IMG/VR virus record: IMGVR_UViG_3300031957_002648
Coordinates: 1-64,000 of that record
Reading direction: 5' to 3' (one strand)
DNA: 64,000 nt
Source: a virus
How positions within the stretch are numbered: position 1 is the first letter of the stretch; each line of letters starts with the position of its first letter. Below the pieces are notes generated by a model. It worked only from the letters and a program-made list of their open reading frames with translations, was not told the origin of the DNA and ran no database searches. Of this stretch, positions 28,658 through 38,460 are shown in pieces. The position numbers were made by a program, and so were the translations under genes.

Positions 28658-29628
28658 AAGAGCCGTTCCGGCCGGATATTATCAGTGCCAGTGGCTGGAC
28701 GGTCGGCCGTAGTTCCGCTCTGCGCTTGATTGCCCTGTGTCTCAGGCGTTCCACCATTACTTACATCTCCTTTGACACCCCTACCTAACCCTATAGAAGC
28801 ATCAAAATTGACATTATACGCTGATTGATTGAAAATATTTTTGTCCCATGGAATTCCGTTTGTAAAAACTTCTTTTAAGTCTTCAGGATAACCTATATTA
28901 TCAAGTGTGAATGATTGGTCAAAATTGGTAAGTTTTAGAAGACGTTTTCGTGTTTCTTCATCTAGACTCCCAAAGTAGTCTGGACTAGAACCGTTATTAC
29001 TAGAAGATGAAGTTTTATACGCACTTAGACCCGTTGTCGATGTTGCAAAGTATCTTTCATAGTTAAAAGATACATTTACACGCAGCAATTGGGACTGTTC
29101 ATATGATACTGGAGTTGCAGATACTTGTTTTGGAAATAGTCTTACAAAATTATATTGAATTCCGTTCGTATAATTTCTATCGAATTTTGCAATAGTTGGA
29201 TAAATTTTATACCCATTATCTCCTTCTGGATATCTCATTCTGTAAAAATATCCAGGATTATTGGGAGCCTGTGTAGATCCTCCTCCAGATATATACTCCA
29301 TCCAAGTCTCAAAAAACATGAGAACTTTATATTCACTATCACAATAAAATCCCATATCAATATTGGGAAACTGTCTAGTGTGAGCATATTGTTGCTGAAC
29401 ACCAGTAAAATTGCCCTCAATATTTGTTGTTGCTAAAGCAGAACCAGGTAGAGATGCATCATAGCACAACAGTCCAATTTTTGCAATATCTTCGGATGAA
29501 ATTCCCCTAGAATTCAATGCAGTTTCTAATCCTCCCCTGAAACCAGTGAAATTAACCAAGTAATGAGAGGACAAGGCAACATCCATTAGTGTGCCTTTAA
29601 GATCAGATATGGTTGTTAGCTTTGTCAC
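28654..29628 (-). CDS. tail tube initiator (gp54/gp19-like)
   Basis: C..ASLPG, F..WM.YI, FP..VS..P.SY...L.V.V.F.Y tube-family pattern. Confidence 0.7.
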   Translation of the reverse strand: MTKLTTISDLKGTLMDVALSSHYLVNFTGFRGGLETALNSRGISSEDIAKIGLLCYDASLPGSALATTNIEGNFTGVQQQYAHTRQFPNIDMGFYCDSEYKVLMFFETWMEYISGGGSTQAPNNPGYFYRMRYPEGDNGYKIYPTIAKFDRNYTNGIQYNFVRLFPKQVSATPVSYEQSQLLRVNVSFNYERYFATSTTGLSAYKTSSSSNNGSSPDYFGSLDEETRKRLLKLTNFDQSFTLDNIGYPEDLKEVFTNGIPWDKNIFNQSAYNVNFDASIGLGRGVKGDVSNGGTPETQGNQAQSGTTADRPATGTDNIRPERLF

Positions 29629-29658
29629 TCTAAATACCTGTAGTGAAAATTTTTGTAA

Positions 29659-30093
29659 ATGTCATATAAAGGAAAATATAGTCCCACAAACTGTAAAAAA
29701 TACAGAGGAGACCCAACTAACATTATTTATCGTTCACTTTGGGAAAGAAAGTTTATGGTCTATTGTGACACCAGTGAACATATTCTAGAGTGGGGAAGTG
29801 AAGAGTTTTGGATTCCATATCGTTCACCAGTTGATAATAAACCACATAGATATTTTCCAGACTTTTACATTAAAAGACTCGATAAAGATGGAAAGATTAG
29901 AAAATATGTAATTGAAATTAAACCAAAAAGACAGTGTAAAGAACCTAAAATTCAACAGAAAAAAACAAAATCATATATTCGTGAAGTTACAGAATATGTA
30001 AAGAATCAGGCAAAATGGAAAGCAGCCCAAGACTTTTGTGAAGATCGAAAATGGACATTCAAAATTCTAACAGAAGATGACCTCGGAGTATGA
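29659..30093 (+). CDS. gp4: head completion protein gp4
   Basis: YKGKY.P.N..KY.GDP..I.YRSLWE, WGSEE..IPY.SP.D...HRYFPDF, EIKP..Q; CTAAATA late promoter at 29630-29636. Confidence 0.92.
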   Translation: MSYKGKYSPTNCKKYRGDPTNIIYRSLWERKFMVYCDTSEHILEWGSEEFWIPYRSPVDNKPHRYFPDFYIKRLDKDGKIRKYVIEIKPKRQCKEPKIQQKKTKSYIREVTEYVKNQAKWKAAQDFCEDRKWTFKILTEDDLGV

Positions 30094-30440
30094 GCAGAAT
30101 TCAACCAATTATTGACGATCTCATTGGCACTGAGACTCCAGATGATTTGATGTTAAAAATCATGGAGGTACTTCCTCAGGCAGAACCAAATGAGTTGGAG
30201 GTTGGAAACTTTTGCACATTCATATATCAACCAAAGACTTTCTTCGTACAATACGATGAGCATCCTCTAGTTGCAGTCACTTTGGTAGATGAGTGGGGAA
30301 TTAGAGGAATCAACTATCACTGGAATGAATTTCGTAATTATAGTTGGGATGAATTTATTGGAGAAGTCTATTTGTTTGATAGAAGTGAACTATCAGATCT
30401 TAGAACATTACAGTATCAAAAGTATCGCCTAAATATATAA
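30090..30440 (+). CDS. DNA end protector gp2-like protein (short)
   Basis: F.Y.PKT...YD.HPL...GINYH resembles the T4 gp2 core. Confidence 0.55.
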   Translation: MSRIQPIIDDLIGTETPDDLMLKIMEVLPQAEPNELEVGNFCTFIYQPKTFFVQYDEHPLVAVTLVDEWGIRGINYHWNEFRNYSWDEFIGEVYLFDRSELSDLRTLQYQKYRLNI

Positions 30441-30458
30441 AAGGTTTGCTGTATAAGT

Positions 30459-31343
30459 GTGGCTGAAAACATCCCAATTGCCAATTTAAGATATCCTCTT
30501 GCTAATATCGATAATGAAAGCGATTTCCTTTTCATGGAAATTTATCGATATAACAGAAGTGAAGGTGATTTTTTAGTAAATCAGCAAGTTCAAAGAAAAA
30601 TTAAACGTACAGGAACAAAAGCAAATGATTTTGTCACAAGTATATTACTTCCAATCCCCAGTAATCTAATAGACTCTAACGGAGTATCTTGGGGAGATTC
30701 TTCTTTAAATGTATTGCAGGCCGAAGGAATCCAAGGTCTTGAAGGAATTATGGGTTCTGATTTTGGAAATGCTCTAGACAAAGTTGGCGAAGCTATTCAA
30801 GGTTTAGGGAACGCGGCGGTTGATCTTCAATCAGAAGGAGGTGCTTTGACCAGTGCAATTGCAGCATCAATTGTGAGTAGTTTTGGTCCACAGGTTACTT
30901 TAGAAGATGTTATTGGAAGAAGAACCGGAAAAGTTTTAAATCCAAATATGGAATCACTTTTCCGTGGTCCTAACTTAAGAAAGTTTTCATTTAATTTTCA
31001 ATTTAGTCCAAGGACTGATAAAGAAAGTGGAGTGATAAAACAAATTATCAGGCAACTAAAGCAAAGTATGGCTCCAAGAAGAGGAGATAGTGGTGCATTC
31101 CTACAAACTCCAGATATATTTCAACTGTCTTTCAAAGGAAAAGGTGGAACAGATCATGAGTATCTGTTTAACATGAAACCAATGGCACTTGTAAATATGT
31201 CAGCGAACTACACTGGTTCTGGAACATATGCAACATACTGGGATGGATCTCCAGTTTTAACTAACGTTCAACTCACATTCCAAGAGATTGCACCAATTTA
31301 TCAGGATGATTATACAACAGATATTAAAGGAGTTGGATACTGA
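30459..31343 (+). CDS. gp48: baseplate tail tube cap gp48
   Basis: I.LPIP, NPN.E.LF.GP.LR.F.F.F.FSP, L.F.E..P. Confidence 0.88.
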   Translation: MAENIPIANLRYPLANIDNESDFLFMEIYRYNRSEGDFLVNQQVQRKIKRTGTKANDFVTSILLPIPSNLIDSNGVSWGDSSLNVLQAEGIQGLEGIMGSDFGNALDKVGEAIQGLGNAAVDLQSEGGALTSAIAASIVSSFGPQVTLEDVIGRRTGKVLNPNMESLFRGPNLRKFSFNFQFSPRTDKESGVIKQIIRQLKQSMAPRRGDSGAFLQTPDIFQLSFKGKGGTDHEYLFNMKPMALVNMSANYTGSGTYATYWDGSPVLTNVQLTFQEIAPIYQDDYTTDIKGVGY

Positions 31344-31987
31344 TGTCTTATTTTGAACTATTGCCAAATGTAGAATATCCTAATCCTTTACCAGATAGGG
31401 TATCTAATAATTCATATCTGAAAGTAAAAAATATTTTTAGAAGAGTCAAACTTAGAGATGATCTAATACAAAATCTCGCTCTGTTTAACTCTTATGAAAT
31501 TCAAAATGACGATAGGCCCGATATAGTTGCAGAGAAAGTCTATGGGGATCCTAATCTAGATTGGTTAGTTCTTATTTGTGCTGGTGTGGTCAGTATTAGG
31601 GATCAATGGCCAATGACTGACCAAGAACTCTATGATTTTTGCGTAGAAAAATACGGACTCGAAAACATAACAGCGCCAGCTCGTTATGAAACTATCGAAG
31701 TCCGTGACAGTCAGAAACGTTTAATATATCCTGCTGGAGTTGTAGTTGATAGTGACTTTACAATTACAGATCCAGAGAATCTTACTACTTTGAATCCAGT
31801 AAGATCAGTCACAAACTACGAGTTAGAAAGAATAAAGAATGATGATAGGAGATTAATTCAAATGTTGAGACCTATTTACGTTGAAGAGGCTGTGAACGAT
31901 ATAAGAGAACAACTATTTTATGATAAGTCGTCTCAGTTTATCGATCGCAGCCTCATTAGGTCAGATAACGTTAGAATTCTAGATTAG
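31343..31987 (+). CDS. gp53: baseplate wedge protein gp53
   Basis: YF..LP, RPD.VA..VYGD..LDW.VL, QWP. Confidence 0.9.
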   Translation: MSYFELLPNVEYPNPLPDRVSNNSYLKVKNIFRRVKLRDDLIQNLALFNSYEIQNDDRPDIVAEKVYGDPNLDWLVLICAGVVSIRDQWPMTDQELYDFCVEKYGLENITAPARYETIEVRDSQKRLIYPAGVVVDSDFTITDPENLTTLNPVRSVTNYELERIKNDDRRLIQMLRPIYVEEAVNDIREQLFYDKSSQFIDRSLIRSDNVRILD

Positions 31988-32895
31988 AAATCACCAAGCA
32001 TTTCTTGGAACTTCTGCAGATCTGGATGAATGTCATCGTCATCAAATGTGGTTGACGCAGGCCCTGCGGCAGCTACTGAAGCAACCTCTTTCTGCCAGTT
32101 GTCCTCTTCATCCTCAACCTCGGGATCCATCTTAGGAGCAGGAGGTGCGGTGTTGAGTACAGTATTCATGCGCTGAGTTAGTTCTTCGTAAGACTTGAAC
32201 TTATCAGCAGCAATGATTTCTGCAAGAGAATGGCATTGGTTCCAGATTCCTTCCATTGCATCATCGTCATCTAGAAGAGATGCAGGATTGGCAAAGGAAG
32301 AGTCATCGTAGTTCCAGTATCCACCAACTTTCTTGATCTTGATCTTGAAGTTGGCACCAGTCCAGAGATCAAAGGCATTGATGGGAGTCTCATCCTCATA
32401 CTTGGGTTGCATGGCAGCCATGATCTTCTCATGGATCTTCTCGCCATACTTGTAGAGGAAGACCTTACCTTCATTCTCAGGATTAGCAGAATCCTTAACA
32501 ACATAGATGTTGCTGTAGTAAGACTTCTTACGCTTACGATCACTCACAACGTCTTTGACGTGCTGAGGAACAGAGCGATAGTCTCCGCCATGCTGATTCA
32601 CTAGAGCACGGTTTGCATCGGCAACTGGATCTTTCTGACCGATGGTGGTGAGACAGTTCTCAAAGTAAGTGCCACCGTCACCCTTGAAATAGTGAGTGAA
32701 CAGTTTTACAAAAGGCATGTCCTCTCCATCAGGAGCGGGGAGGAAACGAATGACTGCATAACCATTACCTGCTTTGTCTACTACAGGTTTCCAGAATCGC
32801 TCATCTTTGTTTGATTCTGATTTCTCTACTGCCTGAATCAGTTTTTCAGTCAGATTGCCGAGACTAGATTGCTTTTTAAGATCTTTGAAAGACAT
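31984..32895 (-). CDS. gp32: single-stranded DNA-binding protein gp32
   Basis: DERFWKP..DKAGNGYAVIRFLP, FDLW.GANFK.KI, acidic tail. Confidence 0.95.
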   Translation of the reverse strand: MSFKDLKKQSSLGNLTEKLIQAVEKSESNKDERFWKPVVDKAGNGYAVIRFLPAPDGEDMPFVKLFTHYFKGDGGTYFENCLTTIGQKDPVADANRALVNQHGGDYRSVPQHVKDVVSDRKRKKSYYSNIYVVKDSANPENEGKVFLYKYGEKIHEKIMAAMQPKYEDETPINAFDLWTGANFKIKIKKVGGYWNYDDSSFANPASLLDDDDAMEGIWNQCHSLAEIIAADKFKSYEELTQRMNTVLNTAPPAPKMDPEVEDEEDNWQKEVASVAAAGPASTTFDDDDIHPDLQKFQEMLGDF

Positions 32896-32934
32896 TGTGT
32901 TTGGCCTGTGGGTTTACTTGTGTGTTGCTTGACT

Positions 32935-32963
32935 ATTATAAGGGATTTGGGATCACTCGTCAA
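32935..32963 (-). promoter_or_regulatory. sigma70-type promoter of gp32
   Basis: TTGACG-N17-TATAAT. Confidence 0.75.
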
Positions 32964-33285
32964 GCATCTGATCCCTGATGTTTTGAAGTTCTTCTCGCAT
33001 CTCACTGAAAACAGAGTTTACATCCATACCATCCCAACCCATCATGGAGATGAATTCTTGGATGGCCTCTTTTCTTTCCTCCGCATCTGGATCATCGCTC
33101 AGACTCATGCGAATATACATGGACTGTTGCAATTCTAGAAGTTCTTCTAGTTTTTCCAAATGTTCTACTTTTTGCTCCGGCGTAGGATAAAGATTGCCGG
33201 AAATTTCAGAAAAAATTTCTCGTTGGAGCGAATCTATTTTATCCAATTGTTCTCGCACAATTGGCGAGTCCATAAATTTTCCCAT
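32953..33285 (-). CDS. DUF1825-like cyanobacterial/cyanophage protein
   Basis: F..S.IV...L..Q...Y.RMSLSDDP.A motif. Confidence 0.75.
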   Translation of the reverse strand: MGKFMDSPIVREQLDKIDSLQREIFSEISGNLYPTPEQKVEHLEKLEELLELQQSMYIRMSLSDDPDAEERKEAIQEFISMMGWDGMDVNSVFSEMREELQNIRDQMLDE

Positions 33286-33308
33286 ACTGATACAAAATCC
33301 CGTAATAT

Positions 33309-33563
33309 TTAGATAGGTAGCCGAGCCTTGGATGTTTTCTTAATATAATTAAGACGAATTGCATCCCATTTCAGTTTTTCTTTCAATGGTTTTGTCACCA
33401 GTTTTGAAACAGACTCTACCTCAATATTATTATTATCGCAAAACAATACGATAGCATCAATGTAATTGATTTTTTCCTTTAGAACAATAGATTCAATTTC
33501 TTGAGCAAACTTTTCTGCTGTTAAAAATTTTCTACTAAGTTCTTCTCTTAGTTCATTGTTCAT
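33309..33563 (-). CDS. gp33: late transcription coactivator gp33
   Basis: KFAQEIE..V.....YIDAIV.FC..N.IE.ESV.KL..KPLKEKL..DA..LN. Confidence 0.9.
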   Translation of the reverse strand: MNNELREELSRKFLTAEKFAQEIESIVLKEKINYIDAIVLFCDNNNIEVESVSKLVTKPLKEKLKWDAIRLNYIKKTSKARLPI

Positions 33564-34230
33564 GATGTTCCCGATACCGTCTGAGATAGTTGACCAGTAG
33601 GTTAGCGTATTTTTTCTTGTCGTATTCTTCATAGACTACACAATCTCCATTCTCGCATGACATGATAATCACAAATTTCTTTACCATTATACCAGTAAGT
33701 TCGTATAACATGCAAGCATATGCTGCACATTGTACAAAGTAATGGTCAATCCATTCTCTAGGTTTCTCTTTTTTGCTGGTTTTGAAGTCAATAATGGCAA
33801 GTTCACCATTATATTCTGCAATACAGTCTACTGTTCCAGCAACACCAAGCCCAAGACTATACAGGGGTTGTTCTAGACAATGAATGTTGTCTATCTTCTT
33901 AAGTTCATCCTTTGCAATGAGATATAGAAACTCAGACAAAGGTTGAACTGATCCAGTTGGAAGTTCATCATTCTTGAGCAGATGTTCAATTAGAGTATGA
34001 GTATCAGTACCACGACTCGCTGCTCTAGTTGTGATCTTGTTTGCCTCTTCTTCACCTACACGTTTTCTCCAAGAAGAAAACTTGTCTCTGTTAATCCAGC
34101 TTATAACTGAAGTAACAGAGACAAGATGTTTTAGTGTATTATTTTCAGGCACAACGTAGTGCCTGACTCCATTAATTTCTTTCCTCTTCGGTTTAGGAGG
34201 AAAATCAACATTCACATGATTAAAACTCAC
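33553..34230 (-). CDS. PD-(D/E)xK exonuclease (exonuclease A-like)
   Basis: SVTSV, RGT..H, AGTVDCIAEY.G.LAIIDFKTS, YFVQ..AYA. Confidence 0.88.
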   Translation of the reverse strand: MSFNHVNVDFPPKPKRKEINGVRHYVVPENNTLKHLVSVTSVISWINRDKFSSWRKRVGEEEANKITTRAASRGTDTHTLIEHLLKNDELPTGSVQPLSEFLYLIAKDELKKIDNIHCLEQPLYSLGLGVAGTVDCIAEYNGELAIIDFKTSKKEKPREWIDHYFVQCAAYACMLYELTGIMVKKFVIIMSCENGDCVVYEEYDKKKYANLLVNYLRRYREHHEQ

Positions 34231-34982
34231 AAATCAAGTTCCTCCTTTGCAACTAAGTATTCTTTAACAAGACCAGACCGAACAATATCATCAGTATTGA
34301 ATTCCACCAATTCAAACGAAGACATTCTTCGTAAAATATTCATGAAACTGTCAATACCATTTCGTTCATTCTGTTTGACTAAATCCGATTGTTTTGCGTC
34401 ACCACAGAAAATAATTCTAGTATTTTCACCGACACGGGTAATAATAGAATCTAGCTCATGGAAATTGAGGTTTTGAAACTCATCAATAATGAGAATAGCA
34501 TTATCAAACGTTGTTCCACGAATAAATGATGTGCTCCAGAAACTGATTGTCTCTTGTTCTTTTAGTTTACCATAAAGCATGTCATAGTCAACATCTGTAT
34601 CTAGATCAAACATACTTTGAACCATGTTCTTATATGGAATTTGATACAAAGATGACTTATCCTCATGATCTCCAGGAAGAAAACCAATTTCTCTCGTAGC
34701 TACAAGAGACCTTACAAGATAGATTTTTTCTGCGGGAGTAATTTCATTAAAAACATCCCTCAACGCATTGTAAAGTGCAATAAAAGTTTTTCCAGTTCCT
34801 GCAGATCCATAAGCTACAAGGTGTTTTCCCTCGTCAAATGCTTCAAAGAATTTTTTTTGATTATCTGTCAGAGGAACGATTCTATCTAATTTATCAGAAT
34901 CGATTGGTTTTTTGCGGCGCATTTGTTTAGCCGAAAGACCAACTCCGACATTGGAACTAGACCTCTTTTTTCTTGCTGGCAT
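34227..34982 (-). CDS. phoH: PhoH-family ATPase
   Basis: GSAGTGKT, GFLPG, RGTTF, DEFQN, GD..QSD. Confidence 0.95.
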   Translation of the reverse strand: MPARKKRSSSNVGVGLSAKQMRRKKPIDSDKLDRIVPLTDNQKKFFEAFDEGKHLVAYGSAGTGKTFIALYNALRDVFNEITPAEKIYLVRSLVATREIGFLPGDHEDKSSLYQIPYKNMVQSMFDLDTDVDYDMLYGKLKEQETISFWSTSFIRGTTFDNAILIIDEFQNLNFHELDSIITRVGENTRIIFCGDAKQSDLVKQNERNGIDSFMNILRRMSSFELVEFNTDDIVRSGLVKEYLVAKEELDL

Positions 34983-34992
34983 AGGAAATTTA

Positions 34993-35241
34993 CTAGATTT
35001 TTTTTACTCTGGAACCGGGAGATTTTGCTGCTCGGCCGAGCACTTCATTCCATCCGGGATTTTTGCTGACAAGTTTATCTCTCCACTCACCCACCTCACA
35101 GGCAGATGGTGCAGTAGAGGGATCCGACCAATCCCTTTGCCAATCTGGGTTCTCATCACACCACTTTGTCCATGCATGTACGCTGAGACGAACCTCTTTC
35201 TGTTCACCAGTTTTGGTGTTCACTACGGGGTATGTTGCCAT
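34993..35241 (-). CDS. conserved cyanophage hypothetical protein
   Basis: MATYPV.N..TGEQKE...NPDW.RDWSD motif, typically between thyX and phoH. Confidence 0.8.
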   Translation of the reverse strand: MATYPVVNTKTGEQKEVRLSVHAWTKWCDENPDWQRDWSDPSTAPSACEVGEWRDKLVSKNPGWNEVLGRAAKSPGSRVKKI

Positions 35242-35260
35242 AAGTTAGAATCTCCACATA

Positions 35261-35911
35261 TTATTTAGTGTGCTCAGTCCACCCCATTGCTTCCGCGATT
35301 GTAGGAAACTCACCAGCAAAAGTACACTTACATTGATTGGCAATATCCATATGCTCTTTCTGTGTGCCATTGGCCGAGCGTAAATCAATGTAATGCATCC
35401 AAGACCTAAGTGTTCCAGTCATGTAGATCCTAGTGGGCGTGGCTAGGGGCAAAACGAACCTTGCACACTCCTTTGCAATTCCCAGATCAAGCATCTGCTT
35501 GTAGATACTCATAGCAGAATCAAAGTGTCGCTTGATAACGATCTCCAGTTCCTGCTTGGTGAAAGGATCAACATCATCAATAGAATTTTGACGATTCTTT
35601 GTGTCTTGACGACGTAGTTCAAACATAGGAATCTTATCGGCAAGCAGAGAGGAATCTGCATACCGTTGAGAAAACTCCTGAAATGTAAAGGACCTATGTC
35701 GAAGAATTTGGGCTGCGATTCCTCTAGTAGTGTTGATCTCTAGAGTCATAGAAGCCTGCTCAAAGATACTCCAGTGCTTGTGTTTAATACAATACCGGAG
35801 CAATCCTGCGCTATTCTCGTTGTCTTGATTTGCTGGGTTGCTTACTCTTGCACAGTATGCAATAAGTGCCTCAGCATCGGGAGTCTTTGAGATCAGTTTG
35901 ACATTTTCCAT
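35261..35911 (-). CDS. thyX: FAD-dependent thymidylate synthase
   Basis: HWSIFE, QILRHRSF.FQEFSQRY ThyX motif. Confidence 0.95.
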   Translation of the reverse strand: MENVKLISKTPDAEALIAYCARVSNPANQDNENSAGLLRYCIKHKHWSIFEQASMTLEINTTRGIAAQILRHRSFTFQEFSQRYADSSLLADKIPMFELRRQDTKNRQNSIDDVDPFTKQELEIVIKRHFDSAMSIYKQMLDLGIAKECARFVLPLATPTRIYMTGTLRSWMHYIDLRSANGTQKEHMDIANQCKCTFAGEFPTIAEAMGWTEHTK

Positions 35912-36023
35912 TCTGTTTTTTCAAGTCACGTTGTTTCTTAATTAGTCTAGCATACTGTAGATCACCATCAGTAAATAATTCAGGATGTTTGATTATGTAT
36001 TTGATGGCTTTTTTGGTTTTCAT
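35871..36023 (-). CDS. small basic hypothetical protein (MKTKKAIKYIIKHPELF...)
   Basis: Hand translation, 50 aa; ATGA overlap with the upstream gene. Confidence 0.6.
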   Translation of the reverse strand: MKTKKAIKYIIKHPELFTDGDLQYARLIKKQRDLKKQNGKCQTDLKDSRC

Positions 36024-36418
36024 CGTTTACCTTTTTTCTTGGAGTCTGGTGGTTGATAACCGTATAGTTTCGGTTTCACAGTGCCCTTTGTCCACTCAAA
36101 AGAAATTAAGTTAGTTTTGAACTTGTCATAATACATATCAAATAATTTGACTTGTTTTCCGCATCGGGCAATATCATAGAATATCTCTTCATCTACTGAG
36201 TATTTAACCAAGTAAGCATCAGTAGGTAAAGACCGGTCTTCAGCGTCAGCTGGACGGCAGTTATGCTTCAGAACTGTACATCCGTAAATTTTCTTACAAG
36301 TTTGAAGCTCTTCTTCCGTCCACAACTCAACCATTTGGTCAATCTCGATTTCTTTCCCAAACGATGTCCTCGTAGGCTTCGGTGACAACGTTTTTAGTGA
36401 TTCTGTATTTCTTTCCAA
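36020..36418 (-). CDS. conserved cyanophage hypothetical protein (true start probably further downstream)
   Basis: LP..AYLV.Y...YD...LFDMYYD...G.V.PKLYG. Confidence 0.7.
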   Translation of the reverse strand: MERNTESLKTLSPKPTRTSFGKEIEIDQMVELWTEEELQTCKKIYGCTVLKHNCRPADAEDRSLPTDAYLVKYSVDEEIFYDIARCGKQVKLFDMYYDKFKTNLISFEWTKGTVKPKLYGYQPPDSKKKGKR

Positions 36419-36806
36419 TTTGTTTGTCCTTTACTAAACAAAGAAGTTCTGCTTCATCCTTATGAAGGGATTCCAACAATTCAATATAGAGAGATTCTCT
36501 ACGATTGCGACTAATGTCACGATTTCCGCTCTCAATGAAATTATAGAAAGTCCTATAAGTGCTAGAGAGACGAGAAAGACCGTCTGGTACGGTGTTATCG
36601 TTTGGTGTGTAAGGAACTTCTCCTTCTGGTAAAGCAGATTTGACAGTGGTGTCAAAGTTCCAAATCAAAAGTGAAACTAGCGCAGGATTTCTAAATTGCC
36701 TTAGAATATCTACTTTTTCCTTTTTAGTCTTTGCGCTAGATACTGCTTGCAGAATTTCGCTCTGCATTGGGTTGGGTGGTAATCGTTTAGCCATGGGTAA
36801 ATACAA
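36339..36806 (-). CDS. conserved T4-like hypothetical protein
   Basis: WNFD....LPEG.VPY...RRE.L.I.LLE.LH.DEAELL. Confidence 0.8.
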   Translation of the reverse strand: MYLPMAKRLPPNPMQSEILQAVSSAKTKKEKVDILRQFRNPALVSLLIWNFDTTVKSALPEGEVPYTPNDNTVPDGLSRLSSTYRTFYNFIESGNRDISRNRRESLYIELLESLHKDEAELLCLVKDKQIGKKYRITKNVVTEAYEDIVWERNRD

Positions 36807-36808
36807 AG

Positions 36809-37030
36809 TTAATCTTCATAATAGTCTTCATCTTCAAATGAATTTTCAAACCTAAATGCAATCAATTGGTCTGGAAGTATACCTCCAGTCTCATCATACA
36901 TTTCTGGATGCAGATCTTGGGGAACGTTGAAGGCGATTACATTTTCCCGTATAATCCATCCAAAAATTGATCCTGTCAGAAAGGCACCAATCATAAGGAA
37001 AGTTCCTAATACGAGAGATACTGCTAACAT
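36809..37030 (-). CDS. conserved membrane hypothetical protein
   Basis: TM helix plus HPEMYD..G...D.L.A.RF. Confidence 0.75.
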   Translation of the reverse strand: MLAVSLVLGTFLMIGAFLTGSIFGWIIRENVIAFNVPQDLHPEMYDETGGILPDQLIAFRFENSFEDEDYYED

Positions 37031-37041
37031 GGTTACGCCTC

Positions 37042-37224
37042 CTATATCTTTTTTGAATCAAAAGAAAAACTTATTGTGTATTTTCTTTTGAAAAGTCTAA
37101 ATCCTAGCTGTAAGTCGATTGTTTTTTTAGGTTTTTGTACTCCATTAAGAATTAGATCTACACCTCTATTTATAGGTATATCAGAGGATATTTTCCTCTC
37201 TGAAAAATTTTGCGAGGTCAACAC
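37042..37224 (-). CDS. hypothetical protein
   Basis: INRGV.L.L motif seen in cyanophage ORFs; start uncertain. Confidence 0.5.
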   Translation of the reverse strand: MLTSQNFSERKISSDIPINRGVDLILNGVQKPKKTIDLQLGFRLFKRKYTISFSFDSKKI

Positions 37225-37417
37225 ATCCTCCGATTACTTGTCCATCTTTGATAATTTTTGGAAATGTAGATCCTTCACCAAATAAAGTATAAAACTCATC
37301 TTTAGTAAAATCTACATCTAGAGTATACACGATATATTTCTGTTCTGTCAAGTCTAGAAGAGTTTTAGCTTTTATACAGTAAGGACAATTTGATTTTGAA
37401 TAAACTGTAAATGTCAT
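37181..37417 (-). CDS. glutaredoxin (NrdC/NrdH-like)
   Basis: YSK..CPYC, TFP, IGG. Confidence 0.9.
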   Translation of the reverse strand: MTFTVYSKSNCPYCIKAKTLLDLTEQKYIVYTLDVDFTKDEFYTLFGEGSTFPKIIKDGQVIGGCVDLAKFFREENIL

Positions 37418-37650
37418 GCATTCACCTCCTTTCTCTTTTTTACGAATTTCAATTCTTTCCAATACTGAGAATAGCAAAGAACGAGAACGTGAGTCTTCTT
37501 ATGAAAAACTACAAGATCATCAGGTTTTTCTTTTACAGCTACCTCAATGGTTATGTAGTCTTTACAAACAAAATAAATCCATCCTTCAGTTCTGCAACCT
37601 AATTCATCTATCCAAATTACATAATCATTAATTTTAGGAATATAGGTCAT
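37414..37650 (-). CDS. hypothetical protein
   Basis: 78-aa ORF, overlapping its neighbours. Confidence 0.7.
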   Translation of the reverse strand: MTYIPKINDYVIWIDELGCRTEGWIYFVCKDYITIEVAVKEKPDDLVVFHKKTHVLVLCYSQYWKELKFVKKRKEVNA

Positions 37651-37840
37651 CTTCCAAATCCAAACGAATTGGTTCTAGATGTTCAAGAAATGTCCATTTT
37701 TCTGGTTCTTTTCCATCGACGACAAATTCAAGAAAAACCGATGTGGCATCATCATGTCGGCCTTCCTCAAAAAGGTGATCTAGTGTTGTCATGTAGTAGT
37801 CTTCGATGACTTCAATGCACTTTTCTTTAGACATTTTCAA
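37634..37840 (-). CDS. hypothetical protein
   Basis: 68-aa acidic ORF in the operon. Confidence 0.65.
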   Translation of the reverse strand: MKMSKEKCIEVIEDYYMTTLDHLFEEGRHDDATSVFLEFVVDGKEPEKWTFLEHLEPIRLDLEDDLYS

Positions 37841-37973
37841 TTTCAGAGAGTAGTTGTTTCAAGTTAGCAATTTCTTCCGAATTTTCTTTAATTTTATTTT
37901 CAAGGTAGGACACCCGTTCCATCATGCTACATTTTAAATTAGCATAAATGTCGGTCTTTTCTTCAGACATCAT
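37827..37973 (-). CDS. small coiled-coil hypothetical protein
   Basis: MMSEEK...LENKIKENSEEIANLKQLL. Confidence 0.55.
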   Translation of the reverse strand: MMSEEKTDIYANLKCSMMERVSYLENKIKENSEEIANLKQLLSEIENV

Positions 37974-38139
37974 GATCTTCCCCTTTCTCAAAACTTTTCC
38001 AAAAATCCTCCCAATCAGCTTTACTTGCTTCCTCAATGTCTGCTGAAGGAATCAGCAGATACGGATGAATTTTCTTCACCCAGCGATGAAGAGCAAAATA
38101 TCGCTCTCTCCAAATTGCCGCCTCGTCCATGTGGTCCAT
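37963..38139 (-). CDS. hypothetical protein
   Basis: First ORF after the promoter at 38161-38188. Confidence 0.55.
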   Translation of the reverse strand: MDHMDEAAIWRERYFALHRWVKKIHPYLLIPSADIEEASKADWEDFWKSFEKGEDHDV

Positions 38140-38160
38140 ATGCCTTGGATTGCTTCGCCT

Positions 38161-38197
38161 AGTATAGCACAAAAAAAGAGGGTCGCAAGACCCTCTT
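38161..38197 (-). terminator. intrinsic terminator overlapping a sigma70-type promoter
   Basis: AAGAGGGTC-TTGC-GACCCTCTT-TTTTT then TG-C-TATACT. Confidence 0.7.
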
Positions 38198-38295
38198 GAA
38201 TTTATTTATAGAGAAATTTTATTTCTCTATAGATCAGAAACATGATAGCAATACAACCTAGGGATATGATCCCACTAATTTGTAATGCTTGCATG

Positions 38296-38460
38296 TCACT
38301 TAGCGTAAGTGTGACCGCGATAGCAGAATGTGCCGTGAACTTCTTCACCGCTCTGCTTGCACTCATACTCAACACCACGATAGGCTGTCATAGCAATCTG
38401 TGCATCGTGAAGAGCAGAAGCCTTTTGAATCTGCTTTCTGATCATATTGAGTGTGTTCAT
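38296..38460 (-). CDS. DUF4278-like small protein
   Basis: 54 aa with two YRG motifs (AYRGVEY, CYRGHTY); AGGAGA Shine-Dalgarno. Confidence 0.85.
   Translation of the reverse strand: MNTLNMIRKQIQKASALHDAQIAMTAYRGVEYECKQSGEEVHGTFCYRGHTYAK

Noticed and set aside
33553-34230. Cas4-like nuclease as evidence of CRISPR-Cas
   Set aside because: It is the usual T4-like exonuclease next to phoH; there are no other cas genes or arrays.
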